A stretch of DNA of 64,000 nucleotides from assembly GCA_951406725.2 (NCBI GenBank), contig OX597831.1:11718001-11782000 (forward strand), in the 5' to 3' direction. The notes beneath the pieces are model-generated. The model was given only the letters and a program-made list of their open reading frames with translations. It was not told the DNA's origin and made no database searches. The DNA is from Octopus vulgaris (lineage: Eukaryota). A program made the translations under genes and the position numbers. Each line of letters opens with the position of its first letter. Position 1 is the first letter of the stretch. Shown here in pieces: positions 59,017 to 64,000 of this stretch.

Positions 59017-59395
59017 ACTGCTGCTGCTGCTGCTGTTGTGATTGTAGTTTCGTGTTATCCTGTAGTGTAGTCGTTGTGAGTCATTGTTTAGTACTAGGTC
59101 AACCCTCATCCAGCACATCTATCTTTAATTTCGTTCAATCTTGACTTCCTTTTTCAAACAAGTAATATCTTAGACTATCTAATTGATCAGGTACATACAC
59201 ATAGTTTCAAAATCGTTCCATCTGTGACCATCTCACTTTTTATTCAGACATAGCATGCCTAGGACAAAGATTTTCAGCCTTTTTAATATCCGGGACTGAT
59301 CCCAATCCTGGAATGTTTTTAGGGGGCATCATCCAAAAAATGTAAAACACAAATAAATTAAAGAAAAATTTATTATATTCGTAGAAGGAAGAATA

Positions 59396-59531
59396 TCGAG
59401 GGCCGCCGGAAGAATGCTCGAGGGCCGCCGGAAGTTTGCTCGAAGGCTACCGAAAGGCTGATCGAGGACCGCCGGAAGAATGCTCGAGGGCTGCCGGAAG
59501 GATGCTCGAGGGCTTCCGTTGAGAACCGCTG
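59396..59531 (-). mobile_element. hAT-like transposon end with six 22-bp subterminal tandem repeats
   Basis: The minus strand begins CAGCGGTTCTCAAC (Charlie/hAT-type TIR). The unit TCGAGGGCCGCCGGAAGAATGC starts at 59396, 59418, 59440, 59462, 59484 and 59506 (last copy partial). I did not find the partner TIR. Confidence 0.6.
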
Positions 59532-60114
59532 GTCTAGGACCACATTATCAGAAATTTGCTTCCTTCTCTTAAGACGGTAAGATATGACTTCAGGAGGACA
59601 CGGCTGGTGTTTCAAGCAAACTGAGTGACCACACGTGGCCTTCTCGCTGTGTAGGATACAAGCATAGAATGACGAAAGTATTACAGTGTAGAGTGGTGTT
59701 GCATGAGGTAGCGTAACCTAGTGTACAGTATGATGTAGCATAGCGTAATCATCGTATATTAATTAATTATAGTAATCTGTGTAACAATGCTTAATCCAAG
59801 TACATCATGGTGGGCCTAATTAATTACGGTATTCGTCTTGAGGCAGAATCACTTATAGACGTACAATGTTAAAAAACACGAAGATATATCAGTTGCAGAC
59901 GTTGTTCCCTATTTCATCCTTAAGTAAACCAAATGCAAACTGACACAGACATTTGTTGCATGTTAACAGACATAACAATTGGCAGTGTGGACAACAAGAA
60001 TCACAACAACAACAGTAAAAGACAATCGCAACTATAACTATAGAAGTAGCGAGAATGAATAGAATACAAATGATAATACTACTTTCTAATTTAAGGAAGT
60101 TAGTAATTACCCTC

Positions 60115-60492
60115 ATTAGTTCACTGGTACTATTCTATCGACTCCAAGAGGATGAAAGTCAATTCGATTTCGGCGGGATTTGAACTCAAGAACATAAAGG
60201 GCCCAAAGAAATATCGCTAAACATTTTCTCCGACGTTCTAATGATTCTGCCCGCTCACAGCCTTCATAATAAGAATAATGGTTTCGAATTTTGGCACAAG
60301 GCCATTAATTCCGGAGGAAGGGTAAAGCGATTACATCGACCCCTGTGCACAACTGGTATTTATTTTACCGACCCCGAAAAGATGAAAGACAAAGTCGGCC
60401 CCGACAGAATACGAACTCAGAACGTAAAAACGAACGAAAGACCACTAAGAATTTCGCCCGACGTGCTAACGATTCTGCCAGCTCGCCGCCTT
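60115..60492 (-). mobile_element. Two tandem SINE family B copies (60115-60260 older; 60280-60492)
   Basis: Each contains ACTGGTA...CGAC...GATGAAAG...GAACTCA, and the right copy ends TCTGCCAGCTCGCCGCC. Confidence 0.83.
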
Positions 60493-60664
60493 ACGACTCT
60501 GTTAATTCACCGCCTCATAAATATGAGTACAACGACAACAACTACAACACGAACAACCAGTGAAGGGCAACAAGATGCGTTTAACGGGAGAGGTGTGGTA
60601 AGAGTAAATAAGTGTAAACACCCACCCACCCACCACCAGAAAACAGACACACATCTAGGTGTTG

Positions 60665-61259
60665 GCACAGTTGTGGGTTAAGATGTCTGCTTCCCAAGCA
60701 CACGGATCCGGGTTCAGTCCCATTGCGTGGCACCTAGGGCGAGTCTAGGACATTTACCCCAATGAACAATAACCCCCTCCCCCAGGACATTTACCCCTGA
60801 GGTCAACAGATGATGATTTAAAACTTCTTAATATATTTGAGGAGGGGTAATTAATTGATCAAGCGACTGAGTATTCGTGGTCAAAAACCGACGGAGATCC
60901 ATTTATATGTGTGGTAAGCTTGTTGCTTACCAATCACATCGTTCCGGGTTCAGTCCCACTGCGTGGCATCTCGGGCTAGTGTCTTCTACTATAGTGTCGG
61001 GCCGACCAAAGCCTTGTAAGTGGATTTTGTGGACGGAATCTGAAAGAAGCCCGTCCTATATATGTATATGTTTGTGTGTCTGTACTTGTCCCCCAACATC
61101 GGTTGACAACCGATGCTAGTGTGTTTACGTCCCCGTAACTTATATAATTGTCCGGATACGCCTAGGGCAGGTGTCGCCTACTATAGCCTCGGGTCGACCA
61201 AGGCCTTGTGAGTAGATTTAGTAGATAGAAACTGAAAGAAGCCTGTCGTGTATATATAT

Positions 61260-61317
<58 letters not shown>

Positions 61318-61690
61318 TAAATATTAGGGAATAAATCCAAATTTACAGGGAAAAAAATCAGATTTAGGATTAAATCCAATTTTATAGTAAAATATTATAA
61401 AATATTATTAGAGACAAAACCACTATTTTGCAAAACAAACAAGGAAAGACTTAATCAATACATAAAATTTTAATAAATAGTCAAAAATATATATATATAT
61501 ACACAGATGTGTGTGTGCGTGTTTGCGAGGCTTTGTGTCTGTGTTTGACCACCCTCCAGCTCTTGACAACAGGTGCTGGTTTATTTATGTCCCCGTAACT
61601 TAGCGGCTCGTCAAAAGTAGTTAATAGAATAGGTACCAGACCAAAAAGTCTTCGATATAATGCCCCAGCATGGTCGCAGTCTTCTAACAA
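60665..61690 (+). mobile_element. SINE family A host with nested insertions
   Basis: Head at 60665-60737, resumes at 61166-61250, and the 3' half is at 61535-61690. Confidence 0.75.
60738..61162. mobile_element. MITE with 3-bp TSD (TAG), itself containing a SINE A copy (60908-61141)
   Basis: The host GGCACC-TAG-GGCAGGTGTC is interrupted with TAG duplicated (60735-60737 and 61163-61165). Imperfect TIRs GGCGAGTCTAGGACATTTA and (reverse complement) GGCGTATCCGGACAATTA; subterminal AGGACATTTACCCC occurs twice. Confidence 0.7.
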
Positions 61691-61987
61691 GTTGAAGAAA
61701 AAGCATGAAGTTAGAAAGGAGTTGCAAGAATGGGTAAAAGGGGTTTGGTGTGGGAAAGGGAGGGTGATTGCAATGAGGGAGGAAGGGAGGGAAGAAATGT
61801 AGGAAGGAAGGGGAGGTGGGGAGGGATGGAGGAAGATGGTATTTGTAATGAAGGTGGAGGGGGTGAGGTTGAGGAATAGTGTGAGGTGTGGAGGAGAAGA
61901 GAGGAACAATGGTTGGAGATATGAATAATAAATCTTTGTGTTTAACATTCCTTCAGCGCAGTCTGTGATACACGGGAGGGGGGAGGG

Positions 61988-62805
61988 GTGTACGTGTGTG
62001 TATGCGTGTGTTTGTGTGTGTGTATGCGTGTGTACGTGTTTGTGTGTGTGTATGTGTGTGTGTACGTGTGTTTGTGTGTGTATATATGTGTGTACGTGTG
62101 TTTGTGTGTGTATATGTGCGTTTATGTGTATGTGTGCGTGTACGTGTGTTTGTGTGTGTTTGCGTGTGTGCGTGTGTTTGTGTGTGTGTATATATGTGTG
62201 TATGTGTGTGTGAATGTTTGTGTGTACGTGTGTCTGTGTGTGTATATGTGTGTTTATGTGTATGTGTGCGTTTATATGTGTGCATGTGTGGGTTTGTGTG
62301 TGTGTATATATATATGCGTGTGTATATGTGTGTGTATGTGTGTGTATTTGTGTGTGTATGTCTGTGTTGCTGTGTATGTGTGTGTGCGTACGTGTGTTTG
62401 TGTGTGTATAAGTGTGTCTGTGTGTGTATATGTGTGCGTTTATGTGTGTGTATGTTTGCATTTCTGTGTGTGTATGTGTGTGTTTCTGTGTGTTTGTTTG
62501 TGTGTGTGGATATGTGGGTTTGTGTGTGTGTTTGTGTGTATTTGAGTGCATTTCTGTGTGTGTATGTGTGTGTGTGTGTTTGTGTGTGTTGTTTTTGTGT
62601 GTGTGTGTGTGTTTGTATGTGTGTGTTTATGTATGTGTTCATGGGCGTGCGTGTGTGTGTGTGTGCATGTCTGTGTGTTTGTTTGTGTGTGTTTGAGTGT
62701 GTGTATGTGTGTTTGATGGAGTGATTCTATGTACATGTTTATGAGAGTGTCTGTGGTTTTGGATGTGTATGCGTGTGTGCGTGTGTGAGTGTGTGTATGT
62801 GTGTA
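61988..62805. repeat. Degenerate (TG)n tract of about 800 bp
   Basis: Direct reading; it is the source of the 356-aa His/Thr ORF. Confidence 0.95.
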
Positions 62806-63377
62806 ATTATGTTTCCGCATAAATGCGTTTGAGTGTATGCATGTATACGAGTTTCATTTCTGTGGCCGGTTATATATATATATATATACACTCTGTCTGG
62901 GCGCGCGCACGCGTTTGTTTGCTTGCGTTTGTTCACCTGTTTGTGATGTTTATATACTTTCGAATGCGTGCGTGTCTGAGCACAGGTAGATAGATGGAAA
63001 GAGCGACAGACAGACAGACAGACAGATTGACAGATAGATAGATTAATGTACACATATTTTTGCGTGTGTGTATATGAATATACATACACACACGCGTACT
63101 TATATACGTGACTACATTTGTGTGTACACCAAATATATATACACTTACCTTTGTAAATATACATATATGCATATATATTTTATATATATATATATGTATA
63201 TTAGGTGTACATAGATATATACACGCAAATGTATAAATATATGAATATATATATATATCGTATGTATAAGTATATATACATTCTTGTGTATATATATATA
63301 CATGAATATTCTTTCATTCTTTTACTTGTTCAGTCATTAGACTGCGGCCTTGCCGGAGCACCACCTAACTTAATATA

Positions 63378-63438
<61 letters not shown>

Positions 63439-63784
63439 CATATATACATATATACATATATATACATTTGTATACATCCATCCATCCATCCATCCATCCA
63501 TCATACATACATACATACATACATACATACATACATACGTACATACATACATACATACAAACACACATACATACATACATACATACATACATACATACAT
63601 ACACACATACATACATACATACATACATACATACATACATACATACATACAAACACACATACAAACACACATACACACATACATACATACATATATAGAT
63701 ACATACATACATACATACATACATACATTCATACATACATACATACATACATACATACATACATACATACATACACGCATACAT

Positions 63785-64000
63785 ATGGCAGAATCGATAA
63801 TCTTTATCAGCCCGGAGAAAATGCTTAACCGTATATCTCCCGGCTTTACGTTCAGGTTTCAAAGGCTTTCCATCCCATCGTGGATCAATTAAATAAGTAC
63901 CAAAGGCGGTGAGCTGGGTGAATACGTTAGCACGCCGGGCGAAATGCTTAGCGGTATTTTGTTGCTGTTCGGAATTCAAATTCCGCCGAGGTCGATTTTG
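63785..64000 (+). mobile_element. Two adjacent SINE family B copies (63785-63901 diverged; 63905-64000 younger, cut by the window end)
   Basis: TGGCAGAATCG...AAATAAGTACCA, then GGCGGTGAGCTGG...GCACGCCGGGCGAAATGCTTAGCGGTAT...TTCAAATTCCGCCGAGGTCGA. Confidence 0.82.

Noticed and set aside
59396-59515. CRISPR-like array (also considered for 42645-42860)
   Set aside because: Units are head-to-tail with no unique spacers, the context is eukaryotic, and there are no cas genes.
59980-59990. miR-34-like TGGCAGTGTGG (also miR-10-like ACCCTGTAG near 24450 and miR-8-like TACTGTCAGGT near 45453)
   Set aside because: Only 9-11 nt match, the rest diverges, and no precursor hairpin is evident. The last lies in a MITE TIR.
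61481-62724. 356-aa His/Thr-rich ORF and overlapping Cys/Val ORFs
   Set aside because: Degenerate (TG)n tract plus SINE sequence.

Overview
Non-coding, AT-rich eukaryotic genomic DNA saturated with microsatellites ((TA)n, (TG)n, (GATA)n, (GAA)n, (CAT)n, (TAA)n, (TAG)n). The repeat families resemble those of octopod cephalopods; this is an inference from recognition, not a search. I find no host protein-coding exon, and almost all listed ORFs are microsatellite artefacts. The window contains: at least four tRNA-derived SINE families (about 35 copies or fragments); LINE remnants (two RTE, one CR1-like, a cluster of R4/Dong-type RLE elements, four copies of a Tx1/L1-clade element); DNA-transposon remnants (a deleted mariner, a Tc1-type MITE, a MITE with a 3-bp TSD, a hAT end); a tRNA-Asn fragment; and unique islands that look like enhancers. 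The best leads are: (1) a young, ORF-less 559-bp-unit element at 51.5-52.7 kb in tandem-plus-inverted arrangement that carries a minimal hammerhead ribozyme motif, with several decayed hammerhead-bearing relatives in (TA)n tracts; (2) a Tx1-clade LINE whose four copies all sit inside (GATA)n; and (3) a SINE subfamily that shares this LINE's 3' stem-loop tail and appears to insert into its own family at a fixed site. Boundaries were read by eye and those of degraded repeats are approximate.
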